Of a stretch of DNA of 64,000 nucleotides, positions 21,016 to 34,000 are shown piece after piece. The notes under the pieces are model-generated. The model worked only from the letters and a program-made list of their open reading frames with translations, was not told the origin of the DNA and ran no database searches. Source of the stretch: Centroscyllium fabricii (taxonomy: Eukaryota); NCBI GenBank assembly GCA_051313645.2, contig JBNRSN020000002.1, positions 135,222,001-135,286,000 of the forward strand, given 5' to 3'. A program made the translations under genes and the position numbers. How positions within the stretch are numbered: position 1 is the stretch's first letter; every line of letters starts with the position of its first letter.

Positions 21016-22800
21016 ATCATAGAAGATAGGAGCAGGAGTAGGTCATTCGGACCCTCGAGGCTACTCCGCCATTCAATTCGATCATGGCTGATCATCCAAA
21101 TTCATTACCCTGTCCTGCTTTCTCCCGACATCCCTTGATCCTTTTAGCCTTAAGAAATATATCCAACTTTCCTTGAATATATTTAATGAATTGGCCTCTA
21201 CTGCCTTCTGTGGTAGAGAATTCCACAGGTTCACCACTCTCTGGGTGAAGAAATTACTCCTCATCTCTGTCCTAAATGGCTTACCCCTTATCCTTAGACT
21301 ATGACCCCTAGTTCTGGATTCCCCCCACCGTCGGGAACATCCTTCCTGCATCTAGTCAGTCCAGGCCTTCAATCCTGTCAATTTCTCTAACACCATTTCC
21401 CTACAAATACTGATTTCCATCAGTTTCTCCTTTTCATTAGACCCCATGTTCCCTGACATCTCTGGGAGGTTGTTTGTGTCCTCCTTTGTGACGACAGAAC
21501 AAAAGAGGGGAATTTTCGCGGAAGGGCGGGAACCTGGCGGGGATTGGTCAGGGCGGCTTCCAGTCCCGCCCACCCAATCAGCTGGGAAGGCCACGCAATT
21601 TTAGGTTAATGAGATCATTAAATCCCCGTCGGCGGCAGCGGCAGGTAATTAGGTGAATCGGGTCGGGCTGCAGCAGAGCTGCGAGCACTTTGAGTGACAG
21701 TTCCAGCACTGGTTGTTGTCAGTTCCCATGGTAACACTCCACTGTGACATCACAGTGGAGTGGAGCCAATGGGAAAGGCCAAGTGCTGGTGACTGACAGG
21801 TGGGTGGGCAGGCTCAGAATCCCTCGCAGCTCGCACCAGCTGAGAGGCCATGGAAAGAACTGAGATTTCTCAGTTTCTGGTCTCAGCTGATATTGAAGGC
21901 AGAATGGAGGTACTTACTCCTCTAAGGTGCTGGAGGCATGCCAAGCATTTGGCAGCATGTCCTTCAGACCTTAAAGGAGAAAGTAATAAATTGAGGAACT
22001 CACACAACACCAGGTTATAGTCCAAAAGTTATAAGTAGCGCTGTGTTCCCGCTGGGTTTTACCCAGCGGGGTTTAAGGTGATGGGGTTAGGGCGGAAAAC
22101 AGCGCAACATGGCTGATGGCCCTTAAAATGGCATTAAAAATGCCAATTAAGGGCCCTTAACGAGGTGACAACCCATCCCCGCCAGTCGGTGGCAGGAAGG
22201 TTTTGGGGCGCGGAATCTGGGGGCGGGAAAATGAGAAAGCAGCGGGGATCCGGTGGGGAGGGGCGGGACCCGCCATTTCTGCTATTATGCCGGCCCGGCC
22301 GCCCAAATCTCCGCCTCACGGGGACATGAAAATTCCCCCCAAAGTATGTATTTAATTGGTCCTCCATTTCTTTGTTCCCCATTATAAATTCCCCTGATTC
22401 TAACTGCAAGGGACCTATGCTTGACTTCACCAATCCTTTTCTCTTCACATATTTTTTTAAGCTTTTCCAATCAGTTTTTATGTTCCCTGCAAGCTTACTT
22501 TCATACTCTATTTTGCCCCTCTTAATTAATCCCTTTGTCCTCCTTTGTTGATTCTTAAACTGCTCCCAATCCTCAGGTTTACTGCTTTTACTGGCCAGTT
22601 TATATGTCCTCTCCTTGGATCTTATGCTCATTCTAACTTCCCTTGTTAGCCACAGTGGAGGCACTTTTTTTTATGCCAAGCAGGGATGAACAAATTCTGT
22701 CGTTCATCCATGTGATCTTTGAATGTTTGCCACTGGCTAATCACCGTCAACCCTTTGAGTGACATTCCCCAATCAATCCTACCAAACTCATGACTCCTTT
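21016..22800 (-). mobile_element. Internally deleted CR1 LINE, interrupted by a MITE
   Basis: 3' end at 21016-21355 is joined directly to the EN-RT linker region (21356-21504, resuming 22341-22800; PLWLTREV...KLAGNIKTD...MGNKEM). Confidence 0.8.
21505..22340. mobile_element. Harbinger-like MITE
   Basis: TIRs GAGGGGAATTTTC / GAAAATTCCCCCC with a probable 3-bp AAA duplication. Cleanly interrupts the CR1. Confidence 0.7.
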
Positions 22801-22884
22801 ATTTTATGACGTAAAACAGTCTGATGAAATTAGCAGCAGTAACAATTCACCCAGTGTGTCAGCAACTGAATAGTCATCATGTAG

Positions 22885-24345
22885 CTAAGTCAGCTTGGCT
22901 CAATGGTAGACACTCTTGCCTCTGAGTCAGAAGGTTGATGGTTCAAGCCCCATTCCAGAGATTTATAACCTAGGCTGCCACTTCAGTACAGCACTGAGGA
23001 AGTGCTGTACTGTTGGTAGGTGCTGTCTTCCAAATGAAATGTTAAAATGAGGACCCGCCTATCTCCTCAGGTGAATGGGATTATGCAAAGAAGTGAATGA
23101 AAGTTACCATGGCACCCTGGTCAATAGTAATCCCTCAACCAACCCACTAAAAATCAAATAATCTGGTTCTTTATCTCATTGATATTTGCTACACACAAAT
23201 TGGCTGCTTCCCTACATTACAACAGTGACTACGGCCCGATATCGACAGGGAGGGAATGGCGGGGAAGTTTTGCGGTCAGGAAACCCCAAATAACAGGTTT
23301 CCCTCAGGTACTCAATTTAACAGCAGGATCTGATTACTGTTTTGGGACTCCGTTTCCCAGCCACAGCCAGTCAGCTTCAAAGGTTGGCTGGCTGTCAGGC
23401 GGGTAGGCCTTCAGCACCAGGCCACAGCCGAGGAGCAGAGAGGATAGAGGGAGAGATCTGGGGTCAGGGGTGTCATCGATGAGGGGGTAGCACCGATCAG
23501 GTGTTGACGGGGATATTGATGGGGGCGATGGAGAGATGTTTGGTTGGGGAGACATCGATGGGGGGCCGAAAAGATCGGGGGGCGGGAGGACATTGATGGG
23601 GGAGCAGAGAGATCGGTGGTCATGGGGGGGACCTCAAAGGGGGCGTCAAGAGTGATCTGGTGTCAGGTGGGAAATTGATGGAGGGGCCAGAGAGATTGGG
23701 GGCCGGGGGGAGACATTGATGGGCGGGTGGAGAGATCGGATGTCATGGTGAGGACATTGATCGGAGGGCTGGAGAGATCGGAGAGGAGGGGAAAAGATGA
23801 TGGAAGGGGCCGGAGAGATCAGAGGAGGAGGGGAGAAGATCATAGGCCATGGAGGGCATCGGCAGGACATCAGAAGGATCCGATTGCTGGGGAGGTTAGC
23901 AGGTTTGCTTGGGGGGCTGCCGGGAAAGACTCCTGCTCCTCTTGGCCCACAAGCAGTGTTAGAAAGGCACTTACCTCTTCAATGCAGCAGCTCTCGCCTC
24001 CCTTTAGCTTCAGGGTTTTCCGAGGCCCAGGAAACCTGTCTGGCCAGCATTACAGGTGAAACAGAGTAAAAATCTGAGGCATGCAGCCTCATTAAAATAT
24101 TTAAATGAGCGACCCACCTCCTGGGATCAGGTTGGTCACCTGCCCTTCATTCCGCCACTGTTAAAACTGGAAGTGGGTGGACTCGAGGTGGCTTGGGTTT
24201 GGTTTTGATATTTTTTTACATATTTACTTCCTAGCCAATCCAAACCCATTCATTCTTGGGGGTTAAAACTCCCCCCTACATTTAAAAAGTACTTTGTTGA
24301 ATGTGAAGCACTTTGGGACATTCTGTGAAAGGCATTACATAAATA
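22885..24345 (+). mobile_element. SacSINE1-like DeuSINE split by an insertion (22885-23232 and 24277-24345)
   Basis: tRNA head (TGGCTCAATGG, GGTTCAAGCC), Deu-domain-like core (cagcactgaggaagtgctg...gatgttaaa), tail acattacaacagtgactac|atttaaaaagtact...gtgaaaggc. Confidence 0.7.
23233..24276. mobile_element. GC-rich non-autonomous DNA transposon (Harbinger-like)
   Basis: Interrupts the DeuSINE tail with a 3-bp TAC duplication (23230-23232, 24277-24279). G-rich internal degenerate repeats, poorly matched TIRs. Confidence 0.6.
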
Positions 24346-24520
24346 GATTGGATGCTTTCAAAAGAAAACTAGGCGAGTACATGAGAGAAAAGGAAATAGA
24401 AAGAGATGCTGAAAGGCTGAGATGGGGTAGATGGAATGGGAGGAGACGCATGTGGAGTCCAAACCCCAGCACAGACTAGCTGAGCCGAATGGCCTGGTTC
24501 TGTGCTGTATATTCTATGTA
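24346..24520 (+). mobile_element. Old CR1 3' end fragment
   Basis: Similar to 20400-20577 (DAFKRKLGEYMREK...gccgaatggcctg). Confidence 0.65.
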
Positions 24521-24660
24521 AAACAATGCAAGTTCTTTCTTTCTGTTTCCTGTTGCCATTCAATGGGAAAGTGGAAGAAAGTGCTTTCCCTAGTCAACAA
24601 TGAATCAATCATTTGTTTGATGCATCTGTCAATAGCACATAGATTGATACAGCACATTAT

Positions 24661-27092
24661 TCATAGAATCATAGAAATCTACAGCACAGAGGAGGCCATT
24701 TGGCCCATCAAGTCCGTGCCGGCTGAAAAAGAACTATCCACTTTCCAGCTCCTGATCTGCAGCCATGCAGGTTACGGCACTTCAAGTGCATATCCAAGCA
24801 CTTTTTAAATGTGATGAGGGTCTCTGCCTCTACCACTCTTTCAGGCAGTGAGTACCAGACCCCAACCACCCTCTGGGTGAAAAAAAGTTCTCCCCAACTC
24901 CCCTCTAATTCTTCTACCAATTACTTTAAATTCTTGCCCCCTGGTTATTGACCCTTCTGTCAAGCGAAATAGCTCCTTCCTATCCACTCCATCTAGGCCC
25001 CTCATAATTTTATGCACCTCAATTAAATTTCCCCTCAGCCTCCTCTATTCCAAATAAAACAACCCCGACCTATCCAATTTTTCCTCATAACTAAAACTCT
25101 CCAGTCCTGGCAACATCCTCATAAATCTCCTCTCCTCTGTACCCTCTCTAGTCCAATCACATCTTTCCTGTAATTTGGTGATCAGAACTGCACGCAGTAC
25201 TCTAGCTTTGGCCTAACTAGTGTTTTATACAGTTCAAGCATAACCTCCCTGCTCTTATATGTTATGCCTCGGCTAATAAAGGAAAGTATAGGTTGAGCAC
25301 CGTTAATCCGTTACCCGAAAAACCGGCAACTTCGAACGTCCGGCAATAATTTCCCCGACTGCCCTGCGCATGCGCAAAATGGCCACCGCGATTGATGCAT
25401 CGGCGAATGATGTGCACATGCTCCGCCGAATGGCGAGCGCATGCACAGATCATTCACAATGGTCTCTCCGAGCCGATAGCGGGCCACTGGGCCAGGACTC
25501 CCTGATCGCGGGCCGGGACTCCCCGAACGATGCTGGGCCGGGACTCCCCGAACGATACTGGGCTGGGACTCCCCGATCGCGGGCTGGGCCGGGACTCCCT
25601 GAATTATGCTGGGCCGGGACTCCCCGAACAATGCTGGCCGGGACTCCCCGAACGCGGGCTGGGCCGGGACTCCCCGAAAAATGCTGGCCGGGACTCCCCG
25701 AACGCGAGCTGGGCCGGGACTCTCCGAATTATGCTGGGCCGGGACTCCCCAAATGCGGGCCAGGCCGGGACTTCCTGAACGTGGGCTGGGTCGGGACTCC
25801 CCGAACGCGGGCTGGGCCGGGACTCCCTGAATGCGGGCTGGGCCGGGACTCCCCGACCGCGGGCCGGGACTCTCCGAACAATAAGTGCATGTGCAGACCA
25901 CTCAAAATGGCCACCGGCCTTTCATGGCGGCCATTTTGAATGGTCTGCACATGTGCTCACCGAAGCTTCAATCGTTCGGGATTTTCACTTTCCCAGCATG
26001 GGCCTGGTCCCGCCCATGCCGGATTAACGGTGCTCAACCTGTATTCCTAAATTCCTTCTTAATCACTTTAGTTACCTGTCTTGCTACCTTCAGGGATCTG
26101 TGGACATGCACTCCAAGGGCCCTCTGTTCCTCTACACTTCTCAGTATCCTAGCATTTATAGTGCATTCCCTTGCCTTGTTAGCCCTCCCCAAATTCATTA
26201 CCTCACAATTCTCCGGATTGAATTCCATTTGCCACTTTTCTGCCCAGCTGACCTGTCCATTGATATCTTCCTGCAATCTACAGCTTTCTGCCTCACTATC
26301 AACCACATGGCTAATTTTTGTGTCATCTGCAAACTTCTTAATCATGCTCCCTGAAGTCTAAATCATTTTATATACCACAAAAAGTAATGGACCCAGTACT
26401 GAGCCCTGCAGAACCCCACTGAAAACAACCTTCCAGTCACAAAAACACGCTTCGACCATTACCCTTTGCTTCCTGCCGCTGAGCCAATTTTGGATCCAAC
26501 TTGCCACTTTCCCTTGGTTCCCATGGGCTTTTACTTTTCTGACCAGTCTGCCATCTGGGACCTTGTCAAAAGCCTTGCTAAAATCCATGTTGACTACATC
26601 AAATGCACTACCCTCATCGACCCTCCTTGTTACCACCTCAAAAAATTCAATCAAGTTAGTCAGACATGACCTTCCCCCAGCAAATCCATGCTGACTGTCC
26701 CTGATTAATCCGTGCCTTTCTAAATGACGATTAATACTGTCCCTCAGAATGTTTTCCAATAATTTGCCTACCAGCTGGCTGACTGGCCTGTAATTACTCG
26801 GTCTATCCCATTCTCCCTTTGTAAACAAAAGTACAATGTTAGCAGTCCTCCAGCACCACACCTGTAACCAGAGAAGATTGGAAAATGATGGTCAGAGCCT
26901 CAGCTATTTCGTCCTTCACTTCCCTTAACAGCCTGGGATACATTTCAACCAGGCCTGGCAATTAATCTACTTTCAAAGATGCTAAATTCCTTAATATTTC
27001 CTCTCTCACCAGGCTTATCCCATCTAATATTTCACACTCCTCCTCCTTAACTACAATATCTGCATTGTCCTTCCCTTTTGTGAAGACAGATC
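24661..27092 (-). mobile_element. Decayed CR1 LINE ORF2 and 3' end, interrupted by a MITE
   Basis: (CATAGAAT)n tail at 24662. Broken frames with NYRPVS, QHGF, DFSKAFDKV, QGSVLGP and KFADDTK. Confidence 0.88.
25289..26041. mobile_element. Tigger/pogo-like (Tc1/mariner) MITE with internal GC-rich minisatellite
   Basis: TIRs (t)AGGTTGAGCACCGTTAATCCG / CGGATTAACGGTGCTCAACCTG and a TA duplication. About 15 copies of ctgggccgggactccccgaa at ~25487-25880. Confidence 0.85.
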
Positions 27093-28065
27093 CATCTGTT
27101 AATCTAAATGAGGCAGCATCTTAAAAGTTGATTACCACTGGCAGTGCCATCCCTATGCTGGGGGTTGCAGCAGGCAGAACAGATGTGCAAGTACCTCTCT
27201 GCTGGCCTGAAGCCTGTGGAGGCAGTTGCTCATTGTCAGTTAACTGTGCCTGCAGTTATGGCTCCTGGCATTAGGGTGTATATGGTCAGTTCTCCTCTTG
27301 TGCCTTGTTTGACCTTCTTTATCCTTTTTTGTGAAATTGTGTGATGTGATGCTTTGGAAGCTCTTCCCATATCTTGCAATAAAATGGCAATTGCAAAACA
27401 AATGACATAACTTAAAGAGATCCCCTCCAACAATCCTGCTGACCTCTACTGCTCACTTTAAGTGGGTGGATTCAGCACGGAGCAGCAACTATGCTAGAAA
27501 TCTGGAAAAATTGGGGCTGCGCCTTTATGCATTTGGTTGGAAGTATTTTTAATATCAAATAAAGCTTTTTTGCTTTCTGTGGGGAGTAAGCAGCCGAGGT
27601 GGGAAATCAAGAATAGGGTTTTGCATGGCGCATGTTATAAGTAGGGATTGGCAAGTTCTGCAACTCCTGATTTTACAACGTCTGCTTGTCAGCTGTTGGT
27701 GGAACCAATTATGTTGGCTTGAATATTGCCCAGTAATATTCAAAGAGGGAATCAAGCAGTTGCAAAGAATTATGAAGGTCCAGTAACTGGTCAGAGGCAC
27801 TTCTCTTATTATACCATCAGTACTTCTTATATAAACAATACTGTTCAGAATCTCAACAGAACTGAGCAGAACATAGACTTATCTCTTTGCCACCAGATGG
27901 TAACATGAGGCAATGCTGCTCTTTGGTTTTATTACTGACAGTCAGGAGCATCTAACCACATGGCTTGTGAGGCAGAAATAATGTTATAAAAATTGACAGT
28001 AATTATTTATAAATATAAATTTTAAAGCAAAACTAATGCTAACTCCAGCCCCATCCAAACCCACA

Positions 28066-28388
28066 ACAGTACCTTCCAAACCCGCAACCTCTACCACTTA
28101 GAAGGACAAGGGCAGCAGACACATGGGAACAGCACCAGCTACAAGTTCCCCTCCAAGCCACACACCATTCTGACTTGGATCTGTATCGCCGCTCCTTCAC
28201 TGTCGCTGGGCCAAAATCCTGAAACTCCCTTCCTAACAACATTGTGGGTGTACCTACACCATATGGACTGCAGCAGTTCAAGAAGATGGCTCATCACCAT
28301 CTTCTCAAGGGTAATTAGGGATGGGCACTAAATGCAGGCCTAGCCAGCCAGCGACGCCCACATCCCATCAATGAATAAAAAATAAATA
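28066..28388 (+). mobile_element. 3' end of L2/CR1-group LINE
   Basis: High similarity to the reverse complement of 10232-10550. Confidence 0.8.
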
Positions 28389-28810
28389 AAGGTGCCTATG
28401 TGATCTGTTGGATCTCTTAAAAGCCTTATAAAGTTATTTTTAAACATTCTTAATGTTACTAGAAAGTGGATGCACTTGCCTGTGCTCTGCTGGCAGGAGC
28501 GAAACTCTGTGCCTGCATGTGGGCACACAACTCCCTTATTGCTAAACTCAGTGTGAGGTGCAGTTTCCAGTGTAACTGGGATCTGCAAGCCGTACGTCAC
28601 ACTTTACAGAATCCGGCCTCAGGCTGTGGTTCCAGTGCACTGAACTCTTTCTGTCTTTTTCATCCCACAGAGTAAGAACACATCTTCAAACTCTCATGCG
28701 TCTTAAAGGTCATTTTTGTTGACAGACTTTCCAGTGAAAAGGCACAAATATAACTCCTGAAATTTTAAATTACGTGTATAGCTTGCCAAGAGAAAAGTTT
28801 CTCTTTTTAA

Positions 28811-29369
28811 GGCCCTGTCACACCTAGACGTTTTAGCCAGCCTATGCAAATGAGGCTAAAACGCTGAACTTTCGACACTTTGTTCAATTTTTGGAGTATT
28901 GGACGTATGCATAACGTATGCGTAACGTATTAGTAACGTACACAGAGCGTAGCAATAACAAATGCTTAGCGTTCACAACTTATGCCCAACGATAGTCTAA
29001 CGTATGCATAGCGCGCGGCAGCGTATCGCCGACGTTTTAGATAAATTTAGAAAAAATTGGAAAACGCTAGCTTTAAATCGTCAAGGTGTGACAGGGCATG
29101 ACAGGGGCAAGGTAATGTGTGTTTAACGATCGCCTAACGTGCCTACAACGTATGTCCAGCGTATGCGGAACGTATAAATCGTAACATTTATACGTCGTGA
29201 TTTTTTGTGCATGCACAAAAAATCACGACTTATACGACTTATACAACTTATGGCCAGCGTATGCCAGCGTGCTCTTAACGTATGCATAACGTACCCATAA
29301 CTTGTCCAACGTATACCAGCGTATCGGCCAAATTTGCATACGCAAGCTAAAACGTCAAGGTGTGACAGG
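28811..29369. mobile_element. PIF/Harbinger-type MITE
   Basis: TIRs GGCCCTGTCACACCTAGACGTTTTAGC / GCTAAAACGTCAAGGTGTGACAGG, TAA on both flanks, many internal AACGTAT/GCGTAT motifs, an extra TIR copy at ~29070-29097. Confidence 0.75.
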
Positions 29370-30980
29370 TAAGGATGCCTTATTGCTTTGAACATCGCCC
29401 CCTCCCCACGTGTCTCCCTTTGCCATCGAGATGTTTATTGTACGAATCAGCGTGTCTTAAAAAATGACACCCATTGCCACCATGTAAATGCTAAAAAAAA
29501 AGATTCCCTTCCTTACAACACGCTCATAAATTGTCGCTGCCTTGAGGACATGCGCACATATTGGACCCGCGACAAGTTGAAGCAATTCCATTTGATTCAT
29601 CGTGAAAATATATTCATGAGGTGATTGTTGTGGCTTCGTTTAAGAAAATATCAGCATCTTAATTCCTTCCCTAATATTTCCCTTGCCTTTTATTTCAATG
29701 CACTTGTTTACATTATTTACTCGTTTTACAAGATAAGATCTTGTGGTTTTAATCATTATTGAAGGTACACATTTATTATGTAATCAGCCGTCCTGTGATT
29801 CAGTTAAGCTCTTTCCCTTGCAGTGCAGAGTTGCAGGAGTGAGAGTCGAGTTACAAGTAAAGACAGTGGGCATTTACCACACGATATATCCCACTGTATC
29901 GAGAGCACATGCACAAAGTGAGTTTGCTATTGTGGACGCAATTAAATGGATGTCTCAACTAGTGTATGTTGCTTAATTTAGATTGCAATGATGAGAAGTT
30001 TAGGAAATGTTAAGACGTAACTATTCATTGTTTTCAGCTTCCAAAGCACACACCCCTGTTAGTGAGCATAATTTTCTATGAAGTCGATTTAATGTAATAA
30101 GGGTTCCATGCTAACTTGATTTTCCATTTGCAATTCTTGAATAAATTATAAAACTTTAACATCAATGTATTTGAATATACGGAGGCGAACGCGAGGCCCT
30201 ATGTGGTTAACATGACATTCACAAAGGTGTTCTGTAGGGTGACCGAATATATAGCGGTAATCGGTAGGGTGGCGATTCAGTACAGAAAAAGTGTTATTTT
30301 GGAACCATTTAGACACATTTAAACGTCTGAAAAGTAATTTACTACGATTAACACTGTAATAAAATGGGACGGCTGGGTCATTTCTAATAGCTTGGGTAAC
30401 ACTACAGCCCTTCCCCTTCAGTTCCTCTTTGTTCTTTTGTTTAGTTTTTTTTTATAAAGATAATATTACCTCATACGTTTCGGCAGCTTAGTAATGGGAG
30501 TCTCGGCAGATAATTTTCTTTTAAACCTAGAATTGCAGCTTCAAACGTATTCAATTTACAGAAACTGCTGCCTCAGATTGCCGTGCAAGTCTTATTGAAA
30601 GGTGAATAGCAGAGCCAGTGATTGCGGGGGAGCTCTGCCCATGTGTTATGCAAAAAAGGACAACTATTTTATGAAGGCAAAGTTGGGCAATCAAAGCAGG
30701 CGCCCAAACTGCGGGGCCGCGATTGTTCACAAATTAATCTCCTTATTGGTTGTCGTTGTTTAATTTGTATTGTTTAATTTAATGAAATGCATCACCGTGT
30801 TAAGATTAAATAAAATGAAGAGAGTGATATATACAGCCGTTATACTATATAATGCACGCTGTTGTACAGAACCTATTCAGTGTAAAGAACTTGGAACTCG
30901 CATCGTGTACTCCTGTATAAGTGTAGCACTCTGCAGTGTTTAGCGAGATGCTTTATAGAATGTTTTATATTATAGTCCAG

Positions 30981-31092
30981 TCCCACACATGACAACAGTG
31001 ACTACATTTCAAAAGTACTTCATTGGCTGCGAAGTGCTTTGGGACGTCCTGGGGTCGTGAAAGGCGCTATAGAAATGCAAGTCATTCTTTTT
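30981..31092 (+). mobile_element. DeuSINE/L2-type 3' tail fragment
   Basis: acaacagtgactacatttcaaaagtacttcattggctg...gtgaaaggcgctatagaaatgcaagtc, the same tail as 23215-24345. Confidence 0.7.
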
Positions 31093-34000
31093 CACACATC
31101 AACTCAATGTTTCAATGTGTGACAAATGTAAAGGTCTAAACAAGTATCGGCTTATTAACCATTCTACGTTGTTCATAATGTAGTGGGTGTAGAGTTTAAA
31201 ACCATCTGAGGACTTAAGGTAATACGTTTCATCTTAAAGGGCTTCATATAATTTTCGAATATTAAACTGTTTCATAGCGAAAGCTTATCGCAACATCTAT
31301 TCCACCATGTATGCATTTAACAAAGCTTGCATTTATAGCTCTGATCATAACTTTGGACTAGGTCCCGTACCTGTCAATTATTATAATCCCACCGAAGTAC
31401 AGCCTGTTCCATTTCCCTTTCAGTATTGTGAAGTAAGTCACTTAACATGTTCACACTGAAGCTCGTCAGCTCCTAAGTTAGAGCTGAGAAAGTGAAATTG
31501 CCTTTGGTTGCCCTTCTCTTCCTCTGTTCAGAACAGAGCCTAGAATAAGAATTATTTTTTAACATACAAAGTATTAAATTGTTGTGAATGTTATTTTGTA
31601 AGAGGTCTTTCCTTTCCATTGAAGATATGTTATTGCTTTTATGCCATCGTACTTCTCGCATGTGAGACGTTGTTTACAAACAACTGCCAATATATTTAGG
31701 AACCAGTATTCCACAGCCTTTACTATTCAATATTGTAAATGTCTGATTGCTATATTGTTGAGCCGGTATTCTCCGATCACACCCGAGTAATGCTGGTATT
31801 TTGAATGACAGCTGTCAATCAATCGATTGCATCTTGGTTTAAAGAGTCGAATTCTAAGACCAGAGTTTTTTTTTAAAAAGAGACAACTCCTCCTACATAT
31901 AGTTAAGGATGATCAAACAGTGAACACATTCTTACATACACCACGTTTTATATTCAGTGTAGCATATCCAGGGTGATTGACTTTGAAGTATCATTTCCAT
32001 CTAATATAGGAAACAATACGTTACAATTCTGGAGCTGGGAGGGTGCCGCAACACACAGCATTCAGACATGACAGCTACAAAATTGTATATATTGAAGTAC
32101 AGCGCCCCCTTTCAAGTTACATTACAGAAAGATATGTTAGCGGCTCCGTCAAAATAAGTTGATACACCGTATAATTTGTTAATTTTCAATATCTGTGCAA
32201 TTGGCAGTACGATTATTTTGCAACCGGATACATAAACTATAATTATTGTGCTATCCTTGTAACAGTGCGTTCGATAATACTGTTAGGTTTCTATAGTAAC
32301 ATTAAGTCTACTACAAAAAAAAACCTTCATATTCTGTGGTTGATCGTCACGTGGTCGCCCTCCCCCACACAGGCAATACTCAGACAGAGCCGGATGGCTC
32401 ATAAAACCCAGACAAAACATGCTGTACTTCAGCGTGGCGGTTCCCCACTTTGTAAACTTTAGTTCGCTCGTTAAATGCCTATTGTGACCCCAGATGCCTT
32501 CCTACGTTGAGGTGCTTGCGTTTATATTAACCCACACGGCGAAAGCAATGCACATGTACAATACGTGAAGTCAGGAAAACAATGCTGGCTGTTCCATCAA
32601 CATGTCTACTAAAATATTAATTTAACCAAAGGTTTTCTCACTGTGTACTTGTTTGATCGCAACTCAGCTGTTATATTATTTGTCTGACCCACATTTTTCC
32701 CTACATTTCTGCAGTATAATGGTCGCTAATGACCAACTGATATTAGTAAGTAATGAAAATAAATAACATAGCCAGTTTATGTATTTGCCTCCGTATACAA
32801 CCCAAAGAAATACAAAGAATTCGAGTGAAATACAAAATATAAAGTTAACACTGCAAAACACACAACAGAATATATACACAAATTGCCTGCACATTTCTTC
32901 AAATGCAGCTTTAACCACAATACATAGATGGAATATCCAATGGAATATACAATTTAATGGTTGTTGACCGGCGTTCTAAAGTGTATGCTTCCAGTGTCTC
33001 AATGGGTTGTATTTTTCTTTAGTCTGTTAAATGTCATAAAGAAAATATACCAATTTCATAAATCATAATTTATCAATTATTAGACTCCGACTAGTATTCG
33101 TTCGTATTTTATTTTAAATATTACTAACATACCGAATTCATAGCATTAACCTCTGATCATTGCCGTCTTTACACGCACTTATACATTCTTCCACAATCTT
33201 GCAAAACGCATTGACTGGTGTGAGTGCTTTACATCATAATAAATTTGTTGGACGAAATATATGCATAGGCGGGGAATTACATAATGATCTATATGCAGGA
33301 GTATATTAAAAAAATACGAGAAACGTGGATTTGCTATGATGTGTAAAGTGGCCGAGTCAGCTCGCTGGGGGGAGGTACGCTGTCTCTTTAAGCAGGTTGC
33401 TGCGCTAATGAATTGCATTCTGTGAACTTGAAACTGAGGCTCCAGGCTGCTCTCTTTCAGTTGGCGGTACAGACCGCTCTCAATAGATTTAGTGCTAATA
33501 TGGTACATTTGTTCTACACATTCAGCAGTCAAGGTCCGTGAGATTAAAGATCGCCCACCTCTGGAGAATAAAGGGGCCTCCGGGGAATCCAATACATTTG
33601 ATGATTGATTTCTTTGGTGCATTTTTCCTCCGGAGTAGAATTCATACCTCAGCACATTTCCTCTGTGTTGCTGCTGTAATTTGGTTTACGTTAACTTCCC
33701 TCATTCATCTGCCTTCCAAATGCAGGAAAAAATAAAAAGATTTATTGTTGAATTAGCCTCGAGTAGGCCTGGACTATACAGTTCGAATATAATAGAAAAC
33801 AGTCCTGAATTAAATCATTATATATGCGATCTTCGTAAAAGCATATTTTAAATGTTTTCAATGCTGGTTTTATAGATTGGTTTAAGTAAGGCCAGCTTCT
33901 GTGAGCTTTGATGCGGTGCATTTAGAATCACCCTTGTTTGAACAAGGCCCATTTAATCTTAAAACTATAATAACGACGTTAAAAGAAGTGTTGTCCTCCA

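Noticed and set aside
25487-25880. Regular repeats resembling a CRISPR array
   Set aside because: Eukaryotic context, spacers only a few nt and themselves repetitive, no cas genes.
25311-25939. Long ORFs (196 aa and 189 aa) on both strands
   Set aside because: They are translations of a GC-rich minisatellite inside a MITE.
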